DNA from: Octopus vulgaris
Taxonomy: Eukaryota
Length of the DNA: 64,000 nucleotides
Direction of reading: 5' to 3'
Assembly (NCBI GenBank): GCA_951406725.2
Contig: OX597822.1
Coordinates: 112,282,001 to 112,346,000, forward strand
Shown here: one piece after another, positions 49,390 to 63,000 of the stretch
Layout of the letters: each line of letters opens with the position of its first letter
How positions within the stretch are numbered: position 1 is the first letter of the stretch
The notes under the pieces: model-generated
Databases searched by the model: none
What the model saw: the letters and a program-made list of their open reading frames with translations, nothing else
Told to the model about the DNA's origin: nothing
Program-made: the position numbers and the translations under genes

Positions 49390-49850
49390 TTTTGGGTTGG
49401 CCAAAAAGGTCCGTTGGTCTTTTTTTTTAATCGAAAATAAGATGCAAGTTTTAAATACAAAGCGATTTATTCAATCAATGGTAAAATTATCGTTTCGTTC
49501 AAATATCTTTTGTTGTTTTGTGGGCAGATCCATTATTCTCCGCGCAAAGAATTTCCTTTCTTTACTAGCGAAAAACTCTTCCAGGTGAATTTTTACATTC
49601 CCTTCAAATTTAAGTTCTGATCATTCAATGAATTTTGAAGAGACCGAGGAAATCTGAAGGTGTAAGGCCGGGCGAATACAGAGGTCAATGCTCCAGCACA
49701 CACATCGTTGCTTTCAAAGGCTGCTGTGCGTGACTGCGGCTTTTGATAGGTTGATCAACGTTCCTATTCTGACTTGGTCCCATATGACTATCATCTGTTC
49801 CCCAACATAAAAAGACACTTGGCAGGGAATCAGCATCGCTGTGAATCAGT
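49390..49850. mobile_element. Fragments of mariner elements
   Basis: TIR-like TTGGGTTGGCCAAAAAGG; + strand remnant YSDLVPYDYHLFPNIKRHLAG (YSPDLAP-type motif). Confidence 0.6.
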
Positions 49851-50073
49851 ATCGGTTGGGAATCAGTATCGATATATGTGTTGTTGAACAAGTTTCAGTT
49901 TCTGATTGTATTTAGTCATTTTATTATATTGACACCCATGGGAAAGAGATGAATAACATTATTTCCATCTACAGTTTTGAAGTTATTAAAGCTGTTGACC
50001 CAATGGATATTTTCAATGAAGAAGGTAACAATTTGGCCTTATTCACTGCATTAATAAATTGGATAAATACATA

Positions 50074-51001
50074 CTAGGGTTACCCAAAAGAAACCGAATT
50101 TTGCAGTACTATTGTATTCACTTAGTTTTACATGTTTACACTTTTATCGCGTCCAAAGTATTCTCCATTTGAAGCAATGCATCGACCCAGACGCGTTTTC
50201 CATTATTCGTTTTCCATTATTCGAAGCTGTCCTGGAACTCTTGCGAAGTGATGCCTTTTAACGCCACCGTCGTCGTTTTTTTTTTCTTCGCCTCTTCCAC
50301 ATCTGCAAATTTCGTAGCCGCAGCTTTCGTCACCAGTGATGACCTTAGAAAAAGGTCCGGATCAACTTCTAGCTGTTCTTTCAGTTCACGACACGCATTC
50401 AGTCGTGAATGCTTTTGATCTTCCGCAAGCAAGAGAAGTACAAAAAAATGCTGCAATTCTTTTCCTTCCTCGCAATTCCTCGCTCAAAATTCGTTGCCAG
50501 GAGCTCCAGGACACATAAGTCCAGGACACACCAGTCCAGTCATATCAATAAGTTCGTCAATTGTTCGGTGTATTTTCATGATGTTTTCATTCGTTCAGGA
50601 GGTCGACGGTCGTCCTGAACGAGGCTGGTCTTCAAGCGACAAGTCACCATTCCTAAAATGGGAAAATCACTCGTAAACTTGTATTTTGGTCATGGCTGTG
50701 TCCTTGTAAGCTATTTGAAACATGACAACTGTTTCGACCGCAGTTTTTTCCCAACAGAAAACAGAATTTCATGGAAGCACGCACGCTGTTCCTTCGTTTC
50801 AGTCATAGCAAAAATCGGGGAATAGGGGAGAAGCACTGCAAAACAAAGACGCACCACGTGGCAGTAGGACCACACTCGATGACACCGGTCGGCAGACTGA
50901 TGCCTGAGGGTTGCATCAAGTAGTTTCTTGCGGTGGAAGCCTGAGCTACAGCAGGTTTGTTCCACAGAGAACATTTCCGGTTACTTTTGGGTACCTCCTC
51001 G
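50074..51001 (-). mobile_element. Internally deleted mariner element
   Basis: Imperfect TIRs C(T/G)AGG...TACCCAAAAG(T)AACCG with TA flanks; remnants EQRAC, ACRELKEQLEVDPDLF. Confidence 0.75.
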
Positions 51002-51194
51002 TATTTGTTATTTGCTTGATATCTCATTAGAAAACCGTTTTGTATAATTTACATTTCTGGTAAATACTGCATGTTGATACATGCACAGAACCCAAGTGAT
51101 TCGAACATAGGTCCACAAATTGGCAGACTGGCCTTAATTCATATTCATGCCTTCTCCTTTCAGACCGAGCTACTAGCACTCTAGCCCATATCCA

Positions 51195-51428
51195 CCTCGA
51201 CAAAGTAGCATCAACAGCCGTTTAGGAGCTTTCTCCGTCCGGGTTGCGGATCCGTGGAACAAGCTGCCAGACGAGATGGTGAAGATGCCGACGACCGCTT
51301 TGTTCAAAGCCTCCCTTGACCTCAAGTGGCCTGAACTCTTTACATGAACACCACCCTGTACATAACTCCATGTCCCCCTACATGGCCTTGCTATTTGCTT
51401 TTGAGCCAAATTAACTAACTAACTAACA
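51195..51428 (+). mobile_element. CR1-like LINE 3' end
   Basis: FSVRVADPWNKLPDEMV...FKASLD* resembles the CR1 ORF2 C-terminus; (TAAC)n tail. Confidence 0.75.
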
Positions 51429-51815
51429 CCTAATCATCTTTCAGACCAATCAGCCTGTGCGCTTACTTAATCTTCAGACGAGTCTACGTTGATACTTCCA
51501 TCCTTTTAGCAATCTAGGCTGAAACAGCGACATTGTCAAGAAGTGAAGTTTGCCGACTGCAATTGCTGGCATTGGTCGTTGACCATGCATTACCTTCCAG
51601 GGTCTAAGAGTATTCAGTAGGCACGACTCATTGAGACAGAGACAGGTCACAGTGAACTGGTTGACGCAGTGAATATGCCAGAAGTCACAGCATGTCTGGC
51701 AGTGCTCGTGCCTGGACTAGTCACAACGGTCATAGTAGTGAAAGATCGTCGCCCAAAGAAAGCATTTTACATACCAGTAAAGGGCAGCAGACCAACTATG
51801 AAATTGTCGACTCAT

Positions 51816-52218
51816 AGGCGCAGGAGTGGCTGAGTGGTGAGTAGCTTGCTTACCAACCACATGGTTCCGAGTTTAGTCCCACACCGTGACACCTTGGGCA
51901 AGTGTCTTCTACTATAGCCTCGGGCCGACCAAAGCCTTGTGAGTGGATTTGGTAGACGGAAACTGAAAGAAGCCTGTCGTATATGTGTATGTATATGTAT
52001 GTGTATGTGTATATATTTGTGTGTCTGTGTTTGTCCCCCTCCCCAACATCGCTTGACAACCGACGCTGGTGCATTTACGTCCCCGTAACTTAGCGGTTCG
52101 GCAAAAGAGACCGATAGAATAAGTACTAGGCTTACAAAGAATAAGTCTTCTGGTCGATTTGCTCGACTAAAGGCGGTGCTCCAGCATGGCCACAGTCAAA
52201 TGACTGAAACAAGTAAAA
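51816..52218 (+). mobile_element. tRNA-derived SINE family B (other copies near 5251-5800, 12672-13070, 16200-16580, 28460-28700, 33620-33990, 41670-41920, 48445-48810, 63461-63800)
   Basis: AGGCGCAGGAGTGGCTG head, CCTTGGGCAAGTGTCTTC core, internal (TA/TG)n, AAACAAGTAAAA tail. Confidence 0.9.
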
Positions 52219-52274
52219 AAAGAAAGAAACTAAAACAAGTAAACACATAAAAGATAAAGACATGTGTGTGTGTA

Positions 52275-52305
<31 letters not shown>

Positions 52306-52639
52306 ACGTGTCTGTGCGTGTGGGTGTGTGCGTGTGAGTGTGTAATTAGCTATGATCCTATTATCAATACTGTTGCATGTGCCACTATCCCGCCTTTTTC
52401 TATATCAAGGACTACACTTTTCAGCATGTCCTTATTCTTTAAGACTATAAGGAGTGATTGATGTATATTTGCCTGCTATTTCTAGCAAACTGGATGACCT
52501 CGAAGAGACTCCCTCATTGATCCCTGTTGCATGCGCTTATCTTGAAATATTCGGGTGTGGGAACCAAAGGAAGGATACCCTTGCACTTAGGTTATATATA
52601 GCAGGTATGGAAACATTTGCTATTGCTGTTGCTGTTAAG

Positions 52640-52970
52640 CGGTCCGAAACGTGGTCCTTTGCTATTCGTAAGACCCGCAGAAGAGAGAGCAGGTCAACCC
52701 CCGACACCGAGAGCATCGACTGATGGATGAATGCGCATCCAGACTCAGCGGTTGCGTAGGAAGTCGGGGGACAAGAAGCAGGAAGAAAGAGTGAGAGAAA
52801 GTTGGGGCGAAAGAGTACAACAGGGGTCGCCACCACCCCCTGCCGGAGCCTCGTGGAGCTTTAGGTGTTTTCGCTCAATAAACACACACAACGCCCTGTC
52901 TGGGAATCGAAACCGCGATCCTCCGACCGCGAGTCCGCTGCTCTAACCATTGGGCCATTGCGCCTCCACT
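52640..52970 (-). mobile_element. tRNA-derived SINE family D (related copies 22778-23075 plus, 24710-24990 minus)
   Basis: Head GGAGGCGCAATGGCCCAATGGTTAGAGCAGCGGACTCGCGG...GGTTTCGATTCC; TSD-like TGCTATTGCTG flanks. Confidence 0.8.
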
Positions 52971-55900
52971 GCTATTGCTGCTGATATTTAGCTCCAGCCC
53001 AGCTCTCCAGTCGTGACCAACTTGTCTTTCTTGGGTCTAGTTTATTCATGAATTTACTATCTAATTAAAAAAAAAACAACAATAAAACATTAAGGCACGA
53101 TTTGAGGGAAATTTTGCTGTTATTTCTAACACATTAAGCGACCATGTAGAAGCTCTCTTATTAGCTTGGAAGAAAGATTTTTCCCCCCGAGCTTATAAAT
53201 ATTAACAGTCAACTGAAGTGTGATATTAAAAAAAACAAAAACAAAATCAATATTGCACATTCAGTAAAAGAAACCGATAAAAATAAATTAAGAAAAGCTC
53301 AAAGAAACCAATATTCTTCATTCAGATATTCCATTCACATGGATAATTTATGTGTCTCAAGATGAAGCAGCTTCTCTTGTAAATAGGTTTAGTTAGAAAC
53401 GAAAAAAGTTTGCAGAAGTCTGTTAACCGAAACACGAGTTCGGCAAAGCATCCTATGAAAGACGTTGCTAACACTGCGAAGAGGAAGGACAAAACGGCCG
53501 ATTGTTAGGGAAATGATTTTCTGGTATTGGTGAAAATGATTAAATTATCAGAACAAAAGAGACAGGAACCACAGCGAGATTGATTACACTACTGACTGAT
53601 ACAGGAAATGGGTTTGAAGCCAACCATAATGTTAACAGGGAGTCTTGACGAATCACCTATTTCTTTACTATCCACAAGGGGCTAAACACAGAGAGGACAA
53701 ACAAGGACAGACAAAGGGATTAAGTCGATTACATCGACCCCAGTGCGTAACTGGTACTTATTTAATCGATCCCGAAAGGATGAAAGGCAAAGTCGACCTC
53801 GGCGGAATTTGAACTCTGAACGTAACGGCAGACGAAATATCGCTAAGCATTTCTCCCGGCGTGCTAACGTTTCTGCCATCTCGCCCGAATCACCGAGCCG
53901 GGTCAGGATTTATATGAGTGGTCACTTGAGAAACTTAGGTGTCGAATGCAAATTTAAGCGGTGAAACAAGAAAGAGACCCATATGCGATCACACGAACTG
54001 CTAGTCGTAGTATCCAAAGCCCCTTCTATAAGGAAGGACGCATTGGTCAGTGTAGTCTTAGATAAAGAAAAGACGAGATAGTCAATTAGAACTGACACGA
54101 GGTTAAACAACGACAACAAAAGAAGGGTTTGAAATGTTGAATGAATTGAAAGGTGAGTAAAATAAGGATTTCAAATTTTGGAACAAGGCCAGCCGTTTCG
54201 GGGAAGGGGTTAAGTTGATTACATCGACCCCAGTACTCAACTGGTACTTGTTTTATCAACCCCGAAAGGATCAAAGGCAAAGATGACCCCGGCGAAGTTT
54301 GAACTCAGAACGTAAAGACGGACAAAATGCCGCCCCGCTAAGCATTTTGCCCGGAGTGCTAACGATTCTGCCAGCTCGCCGACTTTGACCACCACCACCC
54401 AGGGAGGATCAAGGATCCCTACAGATTCCGAGTCAATGTTTATACAAAGAGTACCTTGGCAAGTTCGCTAACCACCGTACTTTTCTGTCCAGAGAGGCAT
54501 GCTTTGAAGTCCCAGTTGTCTCGAGTCTGTCATTCTCGCTACATTCACCCACTTTTTCATAAATTAACTGCGGAGGAGCATCTCCCTCTCCAGCTTCACT
54601 TTACTTTTCCGAAGTCTTCCTTTGCTGTTTTTCTCTCTTATATTTTTCAGCGATAGTTTGGTTCTTTTTAATCTTCCTGTATCTCCTTCTGCTTATCACA
54701 GGACGACAGAGATGGTATCGCTGGTTACTATGGCCTGCTCACTAGAATCGAGCGCAAGGTAACATCCTCCATCATTTCTTAATTGTGACTGGAAAGTGGA
54801 ACGTGCTGACCTTGTTGCTGCTACAGCTGCTTTCTGTTACTTTCTTTTCTTTCCCACTTTCCCAGCCTTTCTTGTTCTCCACGGCACTCAACTGGTCTTT
54901 AGTACTTCACATATAACAACCAGGTCTCTTGTCGAGCGCCACTCCCCTTTGTCTCAGCTCACTGAACCTCCTGTATGTGACCTTCGAGGTCACTGAGATT
55001 TGTAAATCCATCATATCCCCTCTTGTCACCTATCGTCATCCCTGTGCTTACCACCTGCTCAACTTCGATATAATGAGGGCAACCATCAATAGATCCACAT
55101 CGTTTTCCATGTACCCAATCGCTACTCTTGTATTTCTCTGCCACAAATACTGGGGCACAAGTGTATGGGTGGAGGTGTATGTGAATATATCAGCTTCTGT
55201 TTTGGTTGATTCTGCAGCCATTAGAATATAGCTGAGAGTACTATAAGCCTTGTCCTTCTTGATCAAGAAAACATTTACGATATTTCGTGTAGAAAACTAC
55301 TGCTGCCTGGGTTTGGACAGGAAACAGAAACCACTAGTCTAAACGGAAACCGTTAATCTACATGCAAACCACTAAAATAAACGAAAACTATAAACTTCTA
55401 AAGTTACAGACATGTTATTTTTCTCTTCGTCTTGGATTTGATCCTGAGGCAAAAAGACAGTCTGGTTTTACCAAATTCTTCCATTTAATTCTTTTACCAA
55501 GTTTACACAGATAGAGTAAAAACTCTATCCGTGTAATGACTGAGACAAAGCTAGCTTTTGTCTCAAGTCTCATTTCTGCTATTATATAACATGTTCGTCT
55601 TTGCGTGACTATTGTTGTTGTTACAACCATCATTCAAAGTATTTAAGTTGTTCGACAAGACTATTTTTTTTCCTTTTTTTTTCATATCAAACGTTTATTT
55701 AAATTTTCATTATTTTTCCTTTTTGCTGAAGTATTTGTTCTATGATATAATTTGTTTTTACGCTGTTTTTTTTATATTTGTTTTGCTCGGTGTATTATTA
55801 TATTCGTTTTATAGGCGACGTGTCTAGCAGACATTTTGATGTGAAATATCGTCGAAATGAGAAAGCAAATAAAATATAGTCCATAGAGACAAACCAATTT

Positions 55901-56017
55901 TTGTCTATCCTCGTCCGTGGGGAGGAAGACAACCACAGGTAATATCTCTTTATTAGCAAAGACTGTAAATAAATTATTGTTTGGTAATTCTTGAACAGAG
56001 TCGCGTCTTGGCGTAAT

Positions 56018-57921
56018 ATTATTACCACCGCCTTAACGAAGGCGGAGGTATTGTTTTCAGTCGTGTTTGTTTGTCCGTCCGTGGACAAGATATCTCAAGA
56101 ACTGCTGGATAGATTCGGATGAAACTATCAGGGATGTTTGGCCTTGTGACTGGCACGAACTGATTAGATTTTGGGATCGATCCAGTACCGGACAAGGATT
56201 CTGCATTATTTTTCCGGTTTTTGTTTTTACAAAATTTTTGAGAGCGGTCGGGTTCATCTTTAGTATTCTTGTTTGTGAGAGCAGTCAAGTTATTTTAGAT
56301 ATTCTCATTTTAAAAATCATCTCTGGCTAATCATTCAGAGGGCGTTGGTGTCGCGGACTGGCAACTTGTTTGTTTGAGTTTCGTCATTTTTGACCGCGGT
56401 TTTGGATTGTTGTTACATGTTGAAGGCTTTCTCTTTGAGACTGTCCGTTGTTGAAATTGTTGTATATCACTGTGGAAAATTATTGTTGAGTGACTCGCGC
56501 GTGATTGTTTTTTGCTGTTTTCTCCCCATTGTGGAGCTGAAAAGTTGGTTTCTCAAGACGGAGAGCTATGCAAAAGCCGCTGCAGTAGGAATAGCTACGC
56601 CGTTGAACGCGAGACAGATAACAATGAATAAGAAGTGAACGGTTTGTGCAAAGGGGATGGGAGACGCAATAAAAGCTGGTCCCTGTAGAAGAAACGGTCA
56701 AGGATAAGAGTGATGGGACGGTGGTGTACCGCACGCGAACGGCCTCCACCGATGAGATTGGGGTTCTGTCGGAGGACGGCGTGGTGGAGTGTTTGGGACC
56801 CCTGATGAAAGCGGAAACTTTCGTTGGCAAGGGAGGAAGGTGTTGGGGTGACACTACTGCCCACGTGTAGGGCCGGGCGAGATTGAAGGGATTCCCTATC
56901 AGATAGAGATTCCAGGAGAGAGATCCCTCAAGGTGATTGTTGAGGGGCGCCGACCGAGTTGTTGCGAATGTGGAGTGGGAGGCCACATGAGGACGCGGTG
57001 CCCCGATCACGGGCCTCCTCAGAGTGTGAGGACTGTGGGGAGGGACCGGGAGGAGGTGGAGATTGGAATGCTATTTGAGACAATGAAAGACGGGGATGGC
57101 AAGAGCGATATAGAGTGCGCCAGGGATGCGGAAGAGGGAGAGCCGAGAAAGGATGGAACGAGGGCTTCAAATGGTGGGAGTGATGGGTTTGTCGGCCCCA
57201 AAGAGAAGAGAGGGGCGACGTCAGGAGAGTGCTCGGAAGGACCAGCGGCGGAACCGGATGGGACGCCCAAGGAGGGTGAGGAGCCGTCTATATTCAAGCA
57301 TGCGTGGACAGTAGAGGAGGAGCCAGGAGAGAGAGGGTCGGTGGAGGAAAGTGTGCAGCGCAGTTTTGGAAATGAGACATTCATGGTCTGCTACCGGTGG
57401 AGTGTAGATGTGGAAGGGGGAGTTTCCAAATGGAAGGGATTGGTAGGGGTGAGGCTGCCCATGGAGGATTTCAGGGAGGAGGAGGAGGAGTGTGTGATGT
57501 TGAATGTCGGGCCTGTGTGGTTTGATACCCTACTAGCCGTAATTGAACATAAAGAGTTGAAAAACTTAAAAAGAAATGAATAATATATATTAAAAAAAAT
57601 GATGAAGATGAGAACTTTTTAAATTATGAAAAAAGGAAAAAAAGAGGAAAAATCTGTCCAAAATAATGTCTAAATGTAACCACTTCGGGGGTCGAGTGGG
57701 CGTTGCGCCTCATTTTATCATTTTCATATTTTCATTCGTTTCTTTTTATTTTTTTCTTCCTTACTCGATTTCTTTCTGTATTTTTATTTCCCCGTTTATG
57801 TGTTTTGTATTGTTTTTGTCATGTATAACCTCCATTTTTAGCCACATGTGGGTAATAAAAGATTAAGGACGTTCGTGTGTTGCCTTGGCGGAGATTTACA
57901 CTCTTTGAGGGCTCTTGTTTA
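56018..57921 (+). mobile_element. Helentron/DINE-1-like non-autonomous element split by a 1.5-kb insert (56355-57864)
   Basis: 5' hairpin CCGCCTT-AACG-AAGGCGG, (GTYY)n microsatellite, 3' CCTTGGCGGAG subterminal repeat and CTTGTTT end. Confidence 0.65.
56560..57583 (+). pseudogene. Decayed LINE ORF1/gag-like zinc-knuckle protein
   Basis: SYAKAA motif; IVEGRRPS-CX2CX4HX4C knuckle at 56960-57001; stops and frameshifts upstream. Confidence 0.65.
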
Positions 57922-58494
57922 TTATAGTAACATTTTGGTTTGTTTTTCTTTACCCCTGCAGTAATTTAAATCCACTTTAACTACCCCTTTCTTCCTTCCC
58001 CCACAAAATCTGAGACTTGCTGGAAATATTAGAAATTATTATTCACTAGAGTGCCAGGGAGTCGAGCAGTTAGAATCATTCACCCGCTGCACAAAATTCT
58101 TCGCAGAATTAATTCCGGTTCTTTACGTTCAGAGTTCAAATCCTACTGAGTTCGACTTCGTCTTTCATCTTTTCGGGGTCTGTAAAATAAGTATCAGTTG
58201 AGCGCAGGGGTCGGTGTAAGCAATTTGCCCCATATGTAAAAACTGAGGTCTTTGTGTCAAAAATTAGAAGGAAAAAAATATTTACTGAATGCTACCCGTC
58301 ACATGACATTACTTTGGAATTATGCTTTTGCACCATACGCAATATCAGGAAATGCGGCATACATGCAACAATTATAATTTAATTTTTATCAGATTTCTTG
58401 AGGCTTATACGAAATGATGAATTCTAATTTCTAAAAGAAAAAATATTTATTAGCTTAAAATAAAATTTAATAAAACAAATTTCTAGTTTGTACA

Positions 58495-58592
58495 ACTCCT
58501 CCTGCTCCTCCTCCCCTTCTTCTTCCTTCTCCTCCTCTTCTTCTTCATCCTCATCTTACTCCTCCTCCTCCTCCTCCTCCTCTTCCTCCTCG
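58495..58592. repeat. (CCT/CTT)n low-complexity tract
   Basis: Directly visible. Confidence 0.95.
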
Positions 58593-59658
58593 CCTCTATG
58601 ATTCTTTCCTTCCACTGATCCTGCACCTTTTCGTATGTCAACTCTGTGTATATCTCCTTTACTCTTCCTTAACCCTCTCTCAATAATGTAAAGCGCGACT
58701 GGAGAAATCAGTTGACCAACCAGTCAACCAATATTTATACTGACTATTACTATATTGAGATTAATCATTAATTAGATTCATAAAAAAGGTTCAAAAGTGG
58801 AGATGTGAAATAAACACAATGTAATAATTACTTAATGTTATGACTATAACATTAAAGTAAGAAATAGTTATACAGAATTCTATTCTCTTAAACGCCCGTT
58901 TTTCCCGATTTTGTCGAAATTTCGAGAAATAAGATTCGAAGAAATCTAAATGTTCTCCGAAGCAGATCTGATTATATTCCAAAGGGGAAATAGCTCAACA
59001 CCGTTTATTAATCGGATTTTCTCAATTCTGTTTCTCAAATTTTCAAATACTGGGACAAAGGCGTCCAATATAATTTTACTTTATTAAATTTTTAGTTAAA
59101 CGACTTCCAGCACAATAAATTCGCTTGTAATGTTTCATTTTTCTTTTATAGAAAAATACAATAAAACAGCTGCGTGGGCCTTTTCTCCAACTTCACTAGA
59201 AAAATAATTATAATTGAAAAAGAAAACCTAAAATCCTTCTCTTTATGAATATTATTAAAGCATTTTTTTTCCAGGAAGGGAAGCTCCGTCGGTGACTCGG
59301 GTTTAAGTAATGATTTGCCAATGCTTCTAAAATACTGGAACTGAATTGCAAATGAAAAATAATGGTTTCAAGATGTCGACAGATCATTCACTTGGAATAT
59401 AAGGATGTTGCAAAAATCATTATGGCACTTCAAAGATGAAGCCTTTGTGTAAAAATAATAAAACAGAAAATAGAGAAATTCAGTAGGAGATGTCTTTGAA
59501 GTCTCGAGAATGATATTAAATTTGAACAGTGGAGAAAACCAGAGAATCCGTTAAAGTGAAACGAGATTCGCCGAGCAAGAATGCATTTTCGGAATTGCTA
59601 ACATTACGTGATGTTATATTATTAACAACAGTTTTGATGTAATATTACTAATTTGTTA

Positions 59659-60096
59659 AGGCGGCGAGCTGGCAGAATGGTTAGCACACTAGGCGAAGTA
59701 CTCAGAGGTATTTCGTCCGTCTTTAAGGCGGCGAGCTGGCAGAACCGTTAGCACGCCGGGTGAAATGCTTAGCGGTATTTCGTCTGCCGTTACGTTCTGA
59801 GTTCAAATTCCGCCGAGGTCGACTTTGCCTTTCATCCTTTCGGGGTCGATTAAATAAGTACCAGTTACGCACTGGGGTCGATATAATCGACTTAATCCGT
59901 CTGTTTGTCCTTGTTTGTCTCCTCTGTGTTTAGCCCCTTGTGGGTAGTAAAGAAATAGGTATTTCATTTGTTTTTTCGTTCTGACTTCGGACTTCGCCGG
60001 GGTTGATAAATTAAGTACCAGTTGCGTACTGGGGGTCGATCTAATCGATTAGCCCCCACTCACCAGAATTTCGGGCCTTGTGCCTAGAGTAGCAAA
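59659..60096 (+). mobile_element. SINE family A nested within another SINE A
   Basis: Head repeated; outer copy resumes at GGTATTTC after the inner tail. Confidence 0.8.
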
Positions 60097-63000
60097 AGAA
60101 CATTGCTAATTTGTTACGTGTTCCCTACCAAGGGCGTCTCTACTTTTTATTGCTCTAATCTTGATAAAATTGGTATTTTTATTATAACAGAGTCGGTGGT
60201 ATCTACTATAATTCAAGAATACGGTAAAAATGCTTTGGGAAAAGAAATAATTGATTGTATTCTAGGAAAAAATTTCTGAGGTGTGTAATGTCTGTGTGGT
60301 GAAGATATTGGGTTCTGGCTCGTGGGTCTTAAACGTGTCATGTTGCACACCTTTAATTCTGCAACTGATTTTACAGAAACTGCTGTTGACCAAAAGCAAA
60401 TACTTCGACTATAATCTGTTATGTTTGCTATGTTGATAATTAATATCTCACAAAACATTACATTGAGAATGTCAATCGAATCTATTTCTCTAATGTGTCA
60501 CTATGAAAAATGCATTGAATTTTTTTTTAAAATCCATCTTTGCCGACAACTTTTATACGACGATGGCAGCTGTGTGCAGATTCTTATGTCACGGGAACAA
60601 TATGAAACTCACTGCTCTTACTACATTAATTAGTGGGCGCATGATGGGTTTGCAATAAGCGTGTCGACTAATGGAAGTTACTCTGTAGAAACAAATATTG
60701 GCTTCAAATTTTGGTACAATGCCAGCAATTTCGGGGAGCGGGTAAGTCGATTACATCAAGCCCCAGTGCTCAAGATGGAAGACAAAGTCAACCTCAATGG
60801 AATTTGTATCACAACGTAAAGCCTGACGAAATGCTGCTAAAGATTCTGGCAGCTCGCCGCCTTTGTAGAAAAAAATATTTATATCTCTTGAATCGGCACA
60901 AGGAGAGAGATATACGCAATAAAATCAATTTTATTGTTATTACAGGACAAAAGGTTAAATTGACTTTGGTGGAATTTGAACTTAGAACATAGAAATTCCA
61001 TTCTAAACACTTTAAGGTATTTTTGGTCTGAAGCAAATGTTTATGGAGATTGAAAAACACTGATGTGTTTGAAGACTGTTGTTTTATCCAGACACTCCCG
61101 ATGGTAAAATAAATCATCTTCCAATCGAAGACTATAAATTATTTATAAAAAATAAATAATACAAACTGAAAAGAAGAGAAAAACAATATAAATTCTTTCA
61201 TTGATCGATATTTGGTTACTAACGTTTTTCTTGTGGATAAAAGTGTCGATTTCTCGAGTCGACTTTCTTTCTAAAATTGACATCTTTAACACCAGCAACA
61301 GAAGAGTTGACCATTCCTGTGATGCATCTAATGTCCAGACATAAAAACTAAATGTTATTGTGATTGACAGTCTCTGTCTTCCCGATTCCAAAATTATATT
61401 CTCTTTCCTAACTTTCCAAACTACGAACAACTCTTTGATCACTTTACTTCTTACACTGAGAACATTGTTAAATCTATAAAATTGCTTTATTCAATGATTG
61501 TTCACAACTAATCTGGATTTATTCATACAAACCAAACCAGGAGAAGAATAGTTTCTCTTTCCGACAAACTGTTTACCCCCGAAATTCTTAGTTTCAACCG
61601 TCTTTAGAACACAACTCTCAATAAACCTATTCCATATTGTCAAACTCGAATTTTAGAAAATAAATTCTATCGATACAAAATAACTGTCTCTTGGCAATAA
61701 TCTTCACATCTGTGCTGATTAAATATGGTAAATAAACTTTCTTTGATAACCTAGCTGTTGAAAATGTCAAAAATAAAAGGGACATAATTTTCTTAGCTAT
61801 GTCTCCCCCCTCCATTATTATTTGAATATATTTCCCCCATAGAATACGATGACACTGTGTAAGTTCTGAAACTAAGATGTGTCCTAACGTATTTTAATAA
61901 ACTTTTGTTTCTATCACAGTAAAAAGAATATTATTATCAATCATAGACAAAATTTCAAAATTCTTTCTTTCATATATAATTTATTTTCCTTTTCCCTCCA
62001 TTCTGCTTAACCACTAAGGAGTAGATATTTCGAATCCTACCCTGAGTCAAGATATAGCTTTTTATAATGTAGTTCACTTAGTTATAAATGTTTTTACTCA
62101 CTGGTAGGCTCCATCGCTGGTTATTTATTAAATGTTGCCCGACTTCATAACTGAATAGAAATACATTTTTTCCATAGTGGTAGAAATTGTAACTCCATTT
62201 ACATTTCAAGATTGAAACTGAATTCCCTGCAATGCCAGGAGCAAAGGGCATGTTCCGAAGAACGTAAACTGCTTAGCTGTAATCAAGCTAATTACAACAA
62301 AGAAGTATTTAAACATAAATTTTTGGCATCGTTCTTGATATAATGCCCCACTTTTCTTGAAAAGGAACAGAATTCCACCGAGTATTAATCTTCAGAGTGA
62401 AGGATTGAGCACAACAGTTGATGCAAAGTTTAGTGGAACAGAAACATGTGCAATTAGTAAGAATCAGAGACAGGAGTTTCCTTGTGCTTCAGAAGTGGTG
62501 CGATATAGATTCTGAAGAGCAAACTCTTAGTCTTACGGGATATCAATAGAAAACAGAAGACTCATGGAACACAATTTCAATAATTCCAACAGTTATCAAG
62601 ACTAAGCGTTTGTTTAATATAATTTGATAGGCCATTATTTGAAAGCGGTGTACCATCCCTGAGATAAGAATCCTCTACCGTGGGTTTCGTAGAGAATCTT
62701 GAATAACTCGAAGAGAAGAGATATTTCACTTGCTGCAAAAAAAGAAAAAAAAAAAAAGAATTTTCGCTAAAATAATTTAAAATCGTTAATGAATTATTAC
62801 TCAAACTCGCAATTTATAAAGTTTCAGTTTTAATAAATTTTACTATGTATGTATGGGTGCGCGTGTGTACGCGCGCGTGTGTGTGTGTGCGTGTGTGTGT
62901 ATTATTTTTACATGTCTGCACTAATATGTATGCATATTAGTGCAGACATGTAAACATAATTTAATATGTACTTAAATTATTACTACATGAAGAAGGCTGT

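Noticed and set aside
56795-56835. CTGATGA-AAGCG-GAAAC hammerhead-like core
   Set aside because: No stem II or stem I; lies within decayed ORF1 sequence
61143-62804. Minus-strand ORF fragments behind a strong acceptor at ~62733
   Set aside because: All frames hit stops and no recognisable domain; a CDS cannot be supported
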